This document shows positions 20,434 to 30,094 of a DNA stretch of 64,000 nt, one piece after another. The position numbers were made by a program, and so were the translations under genes. Position 1 is the stretch's first letter, and every line of letters begins with the position of its first letter. The notes beneath the pieces are model-generated. The model ran no database searches. It worked only from the letters and a program-made list of their open reading frames with translations, and was not told where the DNA came from. The stretch covers positions 32,001 to 96,000 of the IMG/VR virus record IMGVR_UViG_3300045971_000528. The stretch is one strand, 5' to 3'. Source of the DNA: a virus.

Positions 20434-21192
20434 TTACCGCTTGCGCTTCTTCCTGACCGCGGTTACCTTCACAGGTACGTAGAAGCCAGTGTCGCCCAAC
20501 ATCCGCCGAAGCTCGATCAAGTCTGACCATCGCTCCTTCGTATTGGCTGCACCGAGGATGACGACGGTAACCACCGCCTTGTTGATCTCGGTGATGACGA
20601 CCAAGCAGCCGCCAGAAGAGTTGATGAAGCCAGTTTTGGAGAGGTAGAATGACCAACCTTCCTTCGTCAGGAGCGGATTGGTGCTGTTGCGCTTGCCAAC
20701 TTCGGTGACTGTACGTGTCGAGATCTCAGCAACATCTGTCTGGTAGAGCTCCTTCGCCAGCAAAGCAAGCTGCCTCGCCGAGGAGGTGTTCTGCGGGCTC
20801 AGACCGGATGGCTCAACGATGGTGGCGTACGACGATTGATTCTCGGGAACTGTTCGGCCAAGAGCAACAGCGGCAACATTGTCAGAGGAGACGAGAGCAA
20901 GCTCCTCGAGCTGCTTGCGAGTGTACATTTGGCCGGGTTTCAGAGCCGAATGCTTGCCACCAGCGGCATCACGGAAGTCGAACTTCGAGATGCGAATGAG
21001 CTCCAGCGGATCCAGTGGGAGTGAGTTGTTGACAACCACCAGCTTGGAGATAGATGCAATGGGCCGGATGTCGTCAGCGTTCTTCTCGAGAAGCACGTTA
21101 CCATCCATGTCCTGCACAAGATACGTCGACGCTGTCAGAGCGAAAGCATGGCCTGTCCAGCAAAGGACAAGTGCAAGCAGAAACCGGGTCAT
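20434..21192 (-). CDS. peptidase S11 (D-Ala-D-Ala endo/carboxypeptidase, PBP7-like)
   Basis: Signal peptide; SISK, SDN and KTG motifs. Confidence 0.9.
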   Translation of the reverse strand: MTRFLLALVLCWTGHAFALTASTYLVQDMDGNVLLEKNADDIRPIASISKLVVVNNSLPLDPLELIRISKFDFRDAAGGKHSALKPGQMYTRKQLEELALVSSDNVAAVALGRTVPENQSSYATIVEPSGLSPQNTSSARQLALLAKELYQTDVAEISTRTVTEVGKRNSTNPLLTKEGWSFYLSKTGFINSSGGCLVVITEINKAVVTVVILGAANTKERWSDLIELRRMLGDTGFYVPVKVTAVRKKRKR

Positions 21193-21415
21193 CTCTTGTC
21201 CAGGTTCCAGAAGGCAGTGTCGACGAGCGCCTGCTGTTCCTTCTCGTTGTACTCACCGTTGCCGCGACGGTGGCTGTAGGACCACGTGCCGATCTTGTTG
21301 AGCAGCGCAACGACCGCTTGGTGATTCATCGTCACTTCACGATGGAACTGGAGGTCATGAAGAAGCTGCTCGTAGACAGCGATCTTCTCTTTCTGGGTGG
21401 GGTGTTTTGGTGCAG

Positions 21416-22030
21416 TCATACGATGATGCAGTTGCTTTCCTCGCAGCCCAGGATCTTAGAGCAAGCGAAGTAGTCGTGGCCGCTGAAGCCATAGTGTGGG
21501 TCGGTGAGATAGTGCACGCACTGACTCGAATCAAAGTCAGCACCGTCGTCAATGGCCACGTGACAGTCAATTTCCGGATGGTCACGCAGGAAAGCTTGAA
21601 CCTCTAGCCCACGCTTTTCCCACAGTCGTGGTGTGACGCCAACCAGCTCGACCTCAAAGCCGAGCAGCTTCAGGTAGAGACCCAGACATTCGAGGTGTTC
21701 AGGCGACCCGTACTCGATGTCGCATCGTCCTTCGAGAGCTGGAGACATTTTGCTGAAGTAGACACGGTGCGAAGAGGACAGCACAACCTTGGCACCTGAC
21801 CGCTTTGCCAGCCGGTTGAGCAGCGACACTGAGGTTGGGCAGAATGTCTGGAAGGACTGGATGACACCGTAACCGAACTCGCCGCCCGGGCACTTGCTCA
21901 GGAGCTGCATGGTCCAGTCAGCGATCTCTGTCTCGGTGCCGTTGCTGGCTTCCCAATAGGTGCCGGTGCGGGCAAGACAGGATGCGATGGAGTTTGCGAC
22001 TCCATCGATGTCGAGGAAGATCGCCTTCAT
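21416..22030 (-). CDS. HAD-family phosphatase (RNA-repair 'Swiss army knife'-like HAD)
   Basis: FLDIDGV, VVLSSSHR, AIDD motifs. Confidence 0.8.
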   Translation of the reverse strand: MKAIFLDIDGVANSIASCLARTGTYWEASNGTETEIADWTMQLLSKCPGGEFGYGVIQSFQTFCPTSVSLLNRLAKRSGAKVVLSSSHRVYFSKMSPALEGRCDIEYGSPEHLECLGLYLKLLGFEVELVGVTPRLWEKRGLEVQAFLRDHPEIDCHVAIDDGADFDSSQCVHYLTDPHYGFSGHDYFACSKILGCEESNCIIV

Positions 22031-22350
22031 ACCCGTTCTGCAGAGCGCCGTTCGTCAGCCGAGGTGTTGGTAAGCGTCAGCTTGCCGGAGTCTTCGTCGA
22101 TGCAGAAGGTGATGACGTCGCCGACAACGTAGTCATGCTCGACCACCCATTCTGGGCTGAACGTCAACAGGAGTTCTCCGCTCGGCAGCTCATGACACTG
22201 GATGGCATCACCGCTGGGGTCGTGTTGGGGATCTTCTGGGAACTGCTCGTTGCTCAGTGTCTGGTCAAATTGCATTGTGCATCCTTCTGGTGATTGTTCT
22301 ATTGTAGCACATCCCGGGCACCACTGGTCTGGCAGATGCAGGTTGATCAT
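22027..22350 (-). CDS. hypothetical protein, possible AbrB-like C-terminus
   Basis: LLLTFSPEW...GDVITF pattern. Confidence 0.45.
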   Translation of the reverse strand: MINLHLPDQWCPGCATIEQSPEGCTMQFDQTLSNEQFPEDPQHDPSGDAIQCHELPSGELLLTFSPEWVVEHDYVVGDVITFCIDEDSGKLTLTNTSADERRSAERV

Positions 22351-22691
22351 TCGAGCCGCCCCATCTCTCGGTCATGATCCTCTTGATCGACGTCTGCGAG
22401 CTCAAGCGATCCGTCCTTCTGTGGGCGCAGTTCGAGCTGGTCAATGTGCATGGGGATGTGGTAGCCCTTGGAGTGGAACTCGTTGCCATCAGCACCCTTG
22501 ATGTCGATCCACATGGTCTCTGCATCTCGCTCACCTGAGCTGAGCTTGTTGGGCTCGATGTAGGTCCTGATGACAGTGCAGAGCTCACGACCATAGTCGT
22601 AGAAGATGACGCGCTTGTCCTTGCTGAGCGCTCTGCTCAGGAGTTTGTAGACCAGAGGAACGTCCTCGTCGGCGATTTCGTATAGCTTCAT
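22347..22691 (-). CDS. array-2 paralog
   Basis: MKLYEIADEDVPLVYKLLSRALSKDKRV. Confidence 0.8.
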   Translation of the reverse strand: MKLYEIADEDVPLVYKLLSRALSKDKRVIFYDYGRELCTVIRTYIEPNKLSSGERDAETMWIDIKGADGNEFHSKGYHIPMHIDQLELRPQKDGSLELADVDQEDHDREMGRLE

Positions 22692-23029
22692 GTGATCCCC
22701 AATTCGCGCAGCCGACCCCACTTGGGCTTCAGCGTCCAAATGTCACCATCCTTCTCAATCCCGATCAGATGGTCCATGTCTTCGGTGTCCATTAGAATGA
22801 GCGTTTGCTCTCTGAACCCCGTGCCAGGATACCATTTGCCGCGATCGCGGAATGCTTCGGTGTACACCATCTTGTAGCGCTTGCCATCATGGAAGAATTT
22901 GGTGGCGATGCACATTGTGTTGTCGCGGTCTGTAATGCGCAACGCTGTCTGGTCAACGGTCGTTTGGAAGTGCTTCAGTGCCAGCTTCAGTATGAGGGAC
23001 CCGATGTCCTCAATTTCATGCAACATCAT
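22688..23029 (-). CDS. array-2 paralog
   Basis: MMLHEIEDIGSLILKL. Confidence 0.75.
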   Translation of the reverse strand: MMLHEIEDIGSLILKLALKHFQTTVDQTALRITDRDNTMCIATKFFHDGKRYKMVYTEAFRDRGKWYPGTGFREQTLILMDTEDMDHLIGIEKDGDIWTLKPKWGRLRELGIT

Positions 23030-23348
23030 TTGGCATCTCCCATTCGCCCTTCAGCAACCAGCACCAGCCACCGCTCATTTGGTCGTAGTGCTTCTTCAGT
23101 TGGAACGTCTCTAGCCAAGCAGCGTGCGTGAAGTACGTGGTCATTGTTGAGCTACCACCGAAGTCGGACTTGTAGAAGAACGTGTAGTCGTTGCTGTCAC
23201 TGTCGTATTCCGCCTTGAACATCCAACCAAGGACTAGAAATTGATCGTCTTGCTTCACGCTCAGCTTTACTCGCTCGCCCTTGGCCAGCAGCTTTTGGAC
23301 GACGGTGAAGATCAGCGGAGTGTCGTCAGAGATTTCATCGAGTCTCAT
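23016..23348 (-). CDS. array-2 paralog
   Basis: MRLDEISDDTPLIFTVVQKLLAKGERV. Confidence 0.8.
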   Translation of the reverse strand: MRLDEISDDTPLIFTVVQKLLAKGERVKLSVKQDDQFLVLGWMFKAEYDSDSNDYTFFYKSDFGGSSTMTTYFTHAAWLETFQLKKHYDQMSGGWCWLLKGEWEMPNDVA

Positions 23349-23701
23349 AGGTCATGACCCCCGAGATCCGTATTGTTGCCAGATGCTGGAACATAGAGGG
23401 CTGGCACCAGAGGGCCCCACTTGTTTGGATAGTGTTTCTGCCGAATGTCTGCGCGCTGCAAGCGACCGGCTGGCTGTGAATACTGTTTCGAGACATTGGT
23501 GTACACGTTGAAGGTGTACACCTCGAAAGGCTTGTCAGGCGTTGGCGCAAATGAATCCACCTCGAAGCTGGTGATGCGACCCAGTGTAGACTCAGTGCCA
23601 TCATCTTGGACTATGACCATCAGCACTGGTTCTTCCTTCTTCAGGAGACTGCGCAGCATCTTCACCACGAACGGTTCGGCGTTGAGTTCGTCGAGTCTCA
23701 T
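23345..23701 (-). CDS. array-2 paralog
   Basis: MRLDELNAEPFVVKMLRSLLKKEEPV. Confidence 0.8.
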   Translation of the reverse strand: MRLDELNAEPFVVKMLRSLLKKEEPVLMVIVQDDGTESTLGRITSFEVDSFAPTPDKPFEVYTFNVYTNVSKQYSQPAGRLQRADIRQKHYPNKWGPLVPALYVPASGNNTDLGGHDL

Positions 23702-24018
23702 ATCAGCCCGCTCTTCTTGAAGGTCCAGTAGAAAGCAGGGCCGTCATCATCCTTGCCCAACTCGATGGTCGATTCATCTGCTTCTGGGCCAGTGCGCCAT
23801 GACGTGCCTATTTCACCAGACACTGCAGCCTTCGGCCAAACGATGCCGTACATCGTGCTGCCTGCAGCACGACCGGAAGTGGTGATGTCAACCACCCGGC
23901 GCGGGCGACCAGAAGCACCGATGAAGTAGACGCGATCGCCCTTCTCCAGCTTGCGCTTGATGATGGTCACAGCCAAAGGATCCTCGTCGGTGACGTCATT
24001 GATCTCATCAAGGCGCAT
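23698..24018 (-). CDS. array-2 paralog
   Basis: MRLDEINDVTDEDPLAVTIIKRKLEKGDRV. Confidence 0.8.
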   Translation of the reverse strand: MRLDEINDVTDEDPLAVTIIKRKLEKGDRVYFIGASGRPRRVVDITTSGRAAGSTMYGIVWPKAAVSGEIGTSWRTGPEADESTIELGKDDDGPAFYWTFKKSGLI

Positions 24019-24343
24019 TGACGACCTCCCACTCTTTGTCGCCGACCTTCTTGATGTCCAACAGACTGTCCAAATCTGGATCATGATCCCTTATGCTCAA
24101 CATCCAGATCTGCGGATTGCGGCTCGTAGACAGATTATACATCAGTGCGTAGCGATCTTCATCCTTTCCTACGTGCGTCAACTGACCATGTGCGGGAAAG
24201 ACAGTCAAAGTGCCAGTGTTGGTAGGGAACCGCTTCTTCTCGATGTTGAGCGTGACTATCTCGCCCTTGTCAATGAGGCGCTTCATCAGCCCAAGGATCA
24301 GCGGATCCTGATGATCTTCTTCGAACAGTTCGGTGACCTTCAT
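24008..24343 (-). CDS. array-2 paralog
   Basis: MKVTELFEEDHQDPLILGLMKRLIDKGEIV. Confidence 0.8.
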   Translation of the reverse strand: MKVTELFEEDHQDPLILGLMKRLIDKGEIVTLNIEKKRFPTNTGTLTVFPAHGQLTHVGKDEDRYALMYNLSTSRNPQIWMLSIRDHDPDLDSLLDIKKVGDKEWEVVNAP

Positions 24344-24627
24344 CGCATCTCCCAGGAGACGATCTTGCCGTCTTTTCTCTCGAGTGGATGGAGCATCATG
24401 CCTTCTAGCTGTTCAGGTGTCAAGTAGTCAACACCAAAGGTTGGCTCACTGCCGGCCGTGTCTACGATCTCATAGGACAATTGATACTGAAACTTCTTGG
24501 GAGCGTAGATCAGCGACAGCACCTCACCATAGCCTTGGTAAAAGACAGGCTCGCCCCGATCCTTGAGCTTGTGAACAAGCTTGTAGATGAGCGGCACATC
24601 TGCCTCGTGAATTTCAGTGAGCTTCAA
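24340..24627 (-). CDS. array-2 paralog
   Basis: MKLTEIHEADVPLIYKLVHKLKDRGEPV. Confidence 0.8.
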   Translation of the reverse strand: MKLTEIHEADVPLIYKLVHKLKDRGEPVFYQGYGEVLSLIYAPKKFQYQLSYEIVDTAGSEPTFGVDYLTPEQLEGMMLHPLERKDGKIVSWEMR

Positions 24628-24956
24628 TTTTCAATCACCCAGACTTCGTCTTTTGCGTAGTGCTTCAGTTTCAGTTCATCATCAACAGTCTCAGCCGGTT
24701 CGGCCCAACTGTGGGTCGTCATGCCACCGGGAGAGGTGTAGTAGATGAAGAGATTGCCAACCTCGTACTCGACGCGGTCGACTGCGCCATCCTCGTAGTG
24801 CCCCTTCTTGCCATTTCGCGTGATGACTTTGTATCCGTTCTCTTCGTCATCCTCCATCCAAAGATGGATGTACAGAGTCGCCTCATCCTTCAACAGCTTA
24901 TTTAGGACAGTCAGAAGCAGCGGACGGTGCAGATCCAGTTCTTCAAGCAGCATCAA
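24624..24956 (-). CDS. array-2 paralog
   Basis: MLLEELDLHRPLLLTVLNKLLK. Confidence 0.75.
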   Translation of the reverse strand: MMLLEELDLHRPLLLTVLNKLLKDEATLYIHLWMEDDEENGYKVITRNGKKGHYEDGAVDRVEYEVGNLFIYYTSPGGMTTHSWAEPAETVDDELKLKHYAKDEVWVIEN

Positions 24957-26182
24957 CGTTTCTCCCGACGCTGCTTTTCCAGATCTGCCAGGAATTCAGG
25001 GGTGTATGTGAAGCACCAGACATCACCCTTCTTCACGAGAGTGAAGCAGTAGTCCATGGCTTTGTAGCTGAACTTCTGGACAGGCACCCACCCCTGAGTG
25101 GTAGATTGGTACGCGATATTCAGGCCGTCAGACTTTTCCTCAATGCGAGTGATGTCACCGATGAAGCCATGGAAGCCCATGTCAATCAAGATCTGGTGTC
25201 CCTTGTTGTAGAGCTGAAGCAGAAGCGTAGCGACCAGCGGGATCTTCCCATCATCTACCTCTTCTTCCAGCTCCTCTGCTTGATCAGGATCATAGCGCAC
25301 CATCCAATGACCCTCATGCTTGTCAAGTGTCATGTGGTTCTCGAGATGTTCCCGATCATAGGTGATGCTTTGCCGATTGTTGCCATGCGGGCGCATTACC
25401 TTAAAGATGTAGCTGCCATCCCACTGATAGAGATCTTCTAGCCATGCTGGTTCACCCATGTCTTCAGTGTCATAGAAGAACATGGCGTCCTCCTTGACCT
25501 TTCGCTGCGCCAACAGCTTCCTCACTTGGGTGAAGATGAGTGGATCCTTCTCCAGCTCTTCCCTCACTTTGCGACTACTTTCGCTGCCAGCATCCTCGAT
25601 GCGATAGATCTCCCACCCATTGTGGTCACCACGCAGATCCCACAGGTGCATCAAACTGTCGGGAATGGTAAGGCCGTAGTACCTACCCGTCTTGAGTTGT
25701 TCGAACTCAAAGGCGGTGCGCGCATCCTTGGTACCTTCAGCATGTCGTAAGATCTTCTTCAGCTCGAAGGTCCTCACGCGCTTGTGTTCCATGCGCTCGT
25801 CGTCATCGATAGATTGGTAGAGGACCTGCTCGCCCTTCTTCATTCGTTGTCTTAGAATGGTCGTGAGGATCGGTTCGCGATCATCGTCAATGTCTTCAGT
25901 GATGTCACGGTCTTCTTGCATCTCCCACTCAAGGTCACCGTTATTGTCACGCTTCATGATCGTCCAGCGATCGGCATTCAGCTCATTGATGCGTCTAGAA
26001 GTAACACCGATACCGGGACACTTGAATTTCAACTGCCAATGGTGGGCATTGAACAACGGATCGTCATGCTGCTCGGTAATTTTCTCGAGATAGTAGTGCA
26101 GCTTTCCCTGGCCAATGTAGACAGTGTTTCCAGTATCGTGCAGCTTCTGTACGACCTTGATGATCAGCGGCATGTCATCCAT
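24953..26182 (-). CDS. array-2 four-domain tandem protein
   Basis: Four P-[LI]-[LIV] domain starts separated by acidic linkers. Confidence 0.8.
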   Translation of the reverse strand: MDDMPLIIKVVQKLHDTGNTVYIGQGKLHYYLEKITEQHDDPLFNAHHWQLKFKCPGIGVTSRRINELNADRWTIMKRDNNGDLEWEMQEDRDITEDIDDDREPILTTILRQRMKKGEQVLYQSIDDDERMEHKRVRTFELKKILRHAEGTKDARTAFEFEQLKTGRYYGLTIPDSLMHLWDLRGDHNGWEIYRIEDAGSESSRKVREELEKDPLIFTQVRKLLAQRKVKEDAMFFYDTEDMGEPAWLEDLYQWDGSYIFKVMRPHGNNRQSITYDREHLENHMTLDKHEGHWMVRYDPDQAEELEEEVDDGKIPLVATLLLQLYNKGHQILIDMGFHGFIGDITRIEEKSDGLNIAYQSTTQGWVPVQKFSYKAMDYCFTLVKKGDVWCFTYTPEFLADLEKQRREKR

Positions 26183-26504
26183 TGCGTACTCTCTTTAGTT
26201 CCCAATCATCTGGTGCATCTTCTGTCTTGAGACCGATTCGCGTCTTTTCCAGTGTCCATCTTGTTTCAGCTTCATCTGGGGTCATACTCACCCCGATGCC
26301 ACCATGTACATCAATGCTGTAAGCTGGGCCATGATACTCGTCACTGTCCATTGTGCGTGGATGATCAACAACTACCTTGCCAATCTTGCGCACTTCGAGC
26401 AATGCAAAAGACCCCCTCAACCAGATGCGGTCACCCTTAGCCATCAGCTTCCGCATGGTGCTGATGAGCAATGGTTCACGTTCGGTGATTTCACTGAGGA
26501 TCAT
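26175..26504 (-). CDS. array-2 paralog
   Basis: MILSEITEREPLLISTMRKLMAKGDRI. Confidence 0.8.
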   Translation of the reverse strand: MILSEITEREPLLISTMRKLMAKGDRIWLRGSFALLEVRKIGKVVVDHPRTMDSDEYHGPAYSIDVHGGIGVSMTPDEAETRWTLEKTRIGLKTEDAPDDWELKRVRNG

Positions 26505-26892
26505 TGGTCAGGATCCATGAAGGTGATGGGCTTGCAGGCACAAGGGTAAAGGTGGTGTCAAATTCATCAGCCCAAATAGCTGCAATTTGATTGCCATTGC
26601 CAGGACCACGGGAGTTCGGATCTACGTCGATCTCGTACTCGATCTCGATGAACAATCGGTTCGGATTCTTCACGCTTGGGTTGCTATCGCCACCACAACG
26701 TCGCGCATCGTGCGCCTCGAAGATGCGACCATTGTCGACGCGATACTTATCATGGGTGCCTTCCATTCCCAGATCATTCGAGGCATCTAGGGTGCAGTCA
26801 AGCCACACACGCTCACCCTTCGCAAGCTTGCGGCGAATGATGTTGATGAGGATCGGAGTGTCGGTCGGATCGGTGATCTCGGTCAGCTTCAT
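26491..26892 (-). CDS. array-2 paralog
   Basis: MKLTEITDPTDTPILINIIRRKLAKGERV. Confidence 0.8.
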   Translation of the reverse strand: MKLTEITDPTDTPILINIIRRKLAKGERVWLDCTLDASNDLGMEGTHDKYRVDNGRIFEAHDARRCGGDSNPSVKNPNRLFIEIEYEIDVDPNSRGPGNGNQIAAIWADEFDTTFTLVPASPSPSWILTNDPQ

Positions 26893-27539
26893 TGCTTCTC
26901 CAACACGTAGTCTTTGCCATTGTTGATGGGAGACAGGGTGTAGTCGTCAGGATCGATGTACATCTGTTGCATGAAGCTGCTCGCTGGCACGGGTCGCTTG
27001 TCCATGAAGTCGATCTGCACCCCGCCATGCTCATCGTGTTCCATCTTGGAGACCTCGAAGGAGCAAGCACCGTGGTTGTTGTGGCGACGAATGAAGATCG
27101 TGCCGCCCTTGGCATAGATCTTCTTGGCAAGGATAAGCATCAGCGGCATCCCGTCAACTTCCTCCTTGACGACAGATTCGCTATTGACGAACTCCCAAGT
27201 GCTTCGACCCATGTGCTTGAACTGCTTCAGCATGTAGCAGTCCTCGAAGGTATCAGCATTGATCATCAAGTTGGTTTCGCCCTTGTACTGGGTATCGTCA
27301 GGTAGATCCTGTTTCACGTAGGTCAATTCGATCACATTCTCAGTGCCAATCAACCCCTGTATGAGACTGCTCGGGTTTGGTTTGGTTTCAAGTCGCAGGA
27401 TCGGACCTTCATGATGGACCTTCATCGCGCGCAGAGGCATGTCAATGGACAGCCATACCTCTTCGCCTTTTGCTAGCCGCTGCTTCACCAACTTGGCAAG
27501 CAGCGGCAGATCTTCTTCGTGGAGTTCAAAGAGCTTCAT
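26889..27539 (-). CDS. array-2 two-domain paralog
   Basis: MKLFELHEEDLPLLAKLVKQRLAKGEEV ... VKEEVDGMPLMLILAKKIYAKG. Confidence 0.8.
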   Translation of the reverse strand: MKLFELHEEDLPLLAKLVKQRLAKGEEVWLSIDMPLRAMKVHHEGPILRLETKPNPSSLIQGLIGTENVIELTYVKQDLPDDTQYKGETNLMINADTFEDCYMLKQFKHMGRSTWEFVNSESVVKEEVDGMPLMLILAKKIYAKGGTIFIRRHNNHGACSFEVSKMEHDEHGGVQIDFMDKRPVPASSFMQQMYIDPDDYTLSPINNGKDYVLEKQ

Positions 27540-28225
27540 GCGCCCGCCGACATGTTACCGGTCACTGCAAGTGCCGGCTTGCCATCGATCCTAGTGAACT
27601 CGCCACAACGCTCGAGGTCATCATCAACGTAGCCAAAGGCCTGTGGTATTCTGCCGCCTGGCGCGATCACCATGAATTCAATCTCTTTGCCAGAGGCTTT
27701 ACCTTCAGTCTTGCGCTGAAAGCTGGTGATCCTGCCCTGCCACTCAAGCTTGTCCTGGTCATCGATGCGCCAGAAAAGATTGACTTCTTCCCCCTTGTCG
27801 AGGAGCTTCTGCAGGACCTTCTCGAGTAGAGAGACATCAACCTCTTCATCAACCTGCTTCACGCGGTTCGTCAGAATCCAGTGGCCGTCCTCGTCCTTCT
27901 TGAAGTCATAGCGATCATCAAAGCTATCAGCACGGACCCATTCTTCCTTGCCGCCAGGGCGGGTCATGTGCTTCCACTTGATGAAGAGACGGGGAATATC
28001 AAAGGCCTTCTCTGGCGCAGCCAGCGCACCACCCTTACCGATACCACCGACCTTGAGCGGGGCGCCCATCCGAATGCCAACGATGTCACCGAAGACGCGA
28101 TTGGATCCGTTCGATAGCTTGGCCCAGATCTTGACCTCGTCAGTTTTCATGCGCCGCAAGATGATCCGCGCCAACAGGGGCAGATCATCGTCGAAGTCGG
28201 ATTCGAGGAGGTGTGATACGAGCAT
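27536..28225 (-). CDS. array-2 two-domain paralog, first gene of the late unit
   Basis: MLVSHLLESD..LPLL ... VDEEVDVSLLEKVLQKLLDKGEEV; TAAATAG at 28229-28235. Confidence 0.8.
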   Translation of the reverse strand: MLVSHLLESDFDDDLPLLARIILRRMKTDEVKIWAKLSNGSNRVFGDIVGIRMGAPLKVGGIGKGGALAAPEKAFDIPRLFIKWKHMTRPGGKEEWVRADSFDDRYDFKKDEDGHWILTNRVKQVDEEVDVSLLEKVLQKLLDKGEEVNLFWRIDDQDKLEWQGRITSFQRKTEGKASGKEIEFMVIAPGGRIPQAFGYVDDDLERCGEFTRIDGKPALAVTGNMSAGA

Positions 28226-28251
28226 CCCCTATTTACGGGGATGCGAGGCTG

Positions 28252-28563
28252 TCAGTCAGCAAGCTTGAAGATGCGGCCGGACCAGTAGGTGGCTTGACGG
28301 GTGCGGATGTAGCGGCCCATTTCCTTGCCTTCCGTGTAGTAGTCACACGGCTTTCCATCCTTCACCCAGCCACGCACTTCTTCGGTGAGGCGGACGACCT
28401 GGGCAGCTTTGCGGCCCTCGCCACGGACACCGAGGAAGATGCCCTCGTAGGTGCCGATGAAGGAGCTGCGACCACCGGCCACAGCCACGATGCGATCGCC
28501 AGGTTGGATGGTCTGGCCAAACTTGTTGAGGAAGGACTTCGGTTCGTAGGTGATTTTCTTCAT
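28252..28563 (-). CDS. hypothetical protein, paralog of 29487..29840
   Basis: N[KR]FG..I..GD.[IV]V...EG.F.G shared motif. Confidence 0.7.
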   Translation of the reverse strand: MKKITYEPKSFLNKFGQTIQPGDRIVAVAGGRSSFIGTYEGIFLGVRGEGRKAAQVVRLTEEVRGWVKDGKPCDYYTEGKEMGRYIRTRQATYWSGRIFKLAD

Positions 28564-28865
28564 GTGCTCTCCGTTTCGGTGACGGTCAAGCTACCACAGT
28601 GCAGCTCCCACGTCTTAGTTTCTGGATCTTGAATGAGACGCGCCTGCTGCTCGATCTTGTCGATGTCGATCATGCAAGACAACCCGCGCCACTCCTGGGT
28701 CTGGCGTGCAGCCATATGGTATCTGATAGCCACGCAGTCATTCACAATGTCGATGCGATTGATCACTCGCGGCTTCGGCTTCAGGTGGTGGTTGATGTAG
28801 TCGACTCGGGTGCCCTTCTTGAGAAGGATGTTCACCATCGAGACGAGGATGGGAACCTCGGTCAT
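28560..28865 (-). CDS. array-2 domain paralog lacking the leader
   Basis: MTEVPILVSMVNILLKKGTRV. Confidence 0.75.
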   Translation of the reverse strand: MTEVPILVSMVNILLKKGTRVDYINHHLKPKPRVINRIDIVNDCVAIRYHMAARQTQEWRGLSCMIDIDKIEQQARLIQDPETKTWELHCGSLTVTETEST

Positions 28866-29197
28866 ATCGGGCCGAGACCGTACGACTCAGTCTTCTTCGC
28901 GTGGTTGATCTTCAGTTCCCAGATGGTGGGTGCAGTCTGCTTGATGAAGGCGCAGTGCTCGAGTTCTTCGTGTGTGAACACTGAAACGTCATGCACGTCG
29001 AAGTTGAACTCGTACGTGATGCGGTAGCGAAATTGGATCGGTTGGGCCGCCGGCCATTCGACTGCATCAATTGCCACCAAGATTCCACTGCGTCTACCGC
29101 CGGCATGTTCGAGATCCACCCGGACGGTTTCGCCTTTGCGAAGTAGACCCTGCAAGATCCCGAAGATCAGCGGATGGGGTGTACTGAGGGTAGACAT
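28862..29197 (-). CDS. array-2 domain paralog lacking the leader
   Basis: MSTLSTPHPLIFGILQGLLRKGETV. Confidence 0.75.
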   Translation of the reverse strand: MSTLSTPHPLIFGILQGLLRKGETVRVDLEHAGGRRSGILVAIDAVEWPAAQPIQFRYRITYEFNFDVHDVSVFTHEELEHCAFIKQTAPTIWELKINHAKKTESYGLGPI

Positions 29198-29454
29198 GTG
29201 AAGTCTCCTATGCGAAGGGTCTTTACCCCGTTGATCTCTACTAGGTCTGCATTTTCCTCCAGGAACTCGACGCTAAACATCTCATTGCGTCGCTCGGGGG
29301 TCTCGTACATGAACTGCACCATCCCGCCCAACCCACCAGGAATGATGGAGACCAAGTCGCCCTTGCCGTTCTTGTCGAACTTCGACTCGAACACTATCCA
29401 CTTGCCTTCGTTCAGCAACTTGATAGCGCAGTGGATGGCGAGCGGGAGTTTCAT
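29167..29454 (-). CDS. array-2 domain paralog lacking the leader
   Basis: MKLPLAIHCAIKLLNEGKWI; TG-A-TATAAT -10 just upstream. Confidence 0.7.
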   Translation of the reverse strand: MKLPLAIHCAIKLLNEGKWIVFESKFDKNGKGDLVSIIPGGLGGMVQFMYETPERRNEMFSVEFLEENADLVEINGVKTLRIGDFTCLPSVHPIR

Positions 29455-29486
29455 GATTGGATTATATCACGTCCACCGGAAACGTG

Positions 29487-29840
29487 TTAGATTGTGTGGC
29501 CGATCAGATCCTTGACCGTGATGCTGGCATGGCAGAGCGACTGCTCGTAGTGTAGCTTGGTGCGCTTGCCACTGAGCCGCTCGACGATGTAGTAGGTCTG
29601 CTCGCGCTGCAGGGTGTATGGCGTCTCGGGATCTTTCCGATACCACGTCTCGACCCTCATGATGCCCTTGAAGGTGCCTTCATCGACAGACGTGGCTCGA
29701 CCGCACTGGGCGAACGTGACAACTGGATCGCCGACGTTGATCTGTTTGCCGAAGCGACTGTTGACGGACTCCTCGAGGGGTTCCTTCTGCGAGCCGAACG
29801 CGCGCTCGTCGTAGTGGTGACGGTATCCATAGCGGCTCAT
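29487..29840 (-). CDS. hypothetical protein
   Basis: From MSRYGY; paralog of 28252..28563. Confidence 0.65.
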   Translation of the reverse strand: MSRYGYRHHYDERAFGSQKEPLEESVNSRFGKQINVGDPVVTFAQCGRATSVDEGTFKGIMRVETWYRKDPETPYTLQREQTYYIVERLSGKRTKLHYEQSLCHASITVKDLIGHTI

Positions 29841-30094
29841 GTCGGTTCTCCGATCGTGAGGGTGACAGGTACGGCCTCGTAGCGGGGCCATGGTGTGAAG
29901 CTACCGCGCCCAGCACTGGTGACCTGGCGGTTGAAGTCATCTTGTCGATCGGCATCCTTGTTCTTCTTGCCGACAACCGAGAAGGCGCTGCCCTTGGTGT
30001 AGAGCTTCGGGGTGGCATACTTGCCGTAGCCAGACTCGTATTCCTGGGTGCCTATCTGGCGGATGAAGTAGAACTGTTGCGTCGCAGCGCTCAT
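29837..30094 (-). CDS. hypothetical protein
   Basis: AGGAG RBS; 85 aa. Confidence 0.65.
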   Translation of the reverse strand: MSAATQQFYFIRQIGTQEYESGYGKYATPKLYTKGSAFSVVGKKNKDADRQDDFNRQVTSAGRGSFTPWPRYEAVPVTLTIGEPT

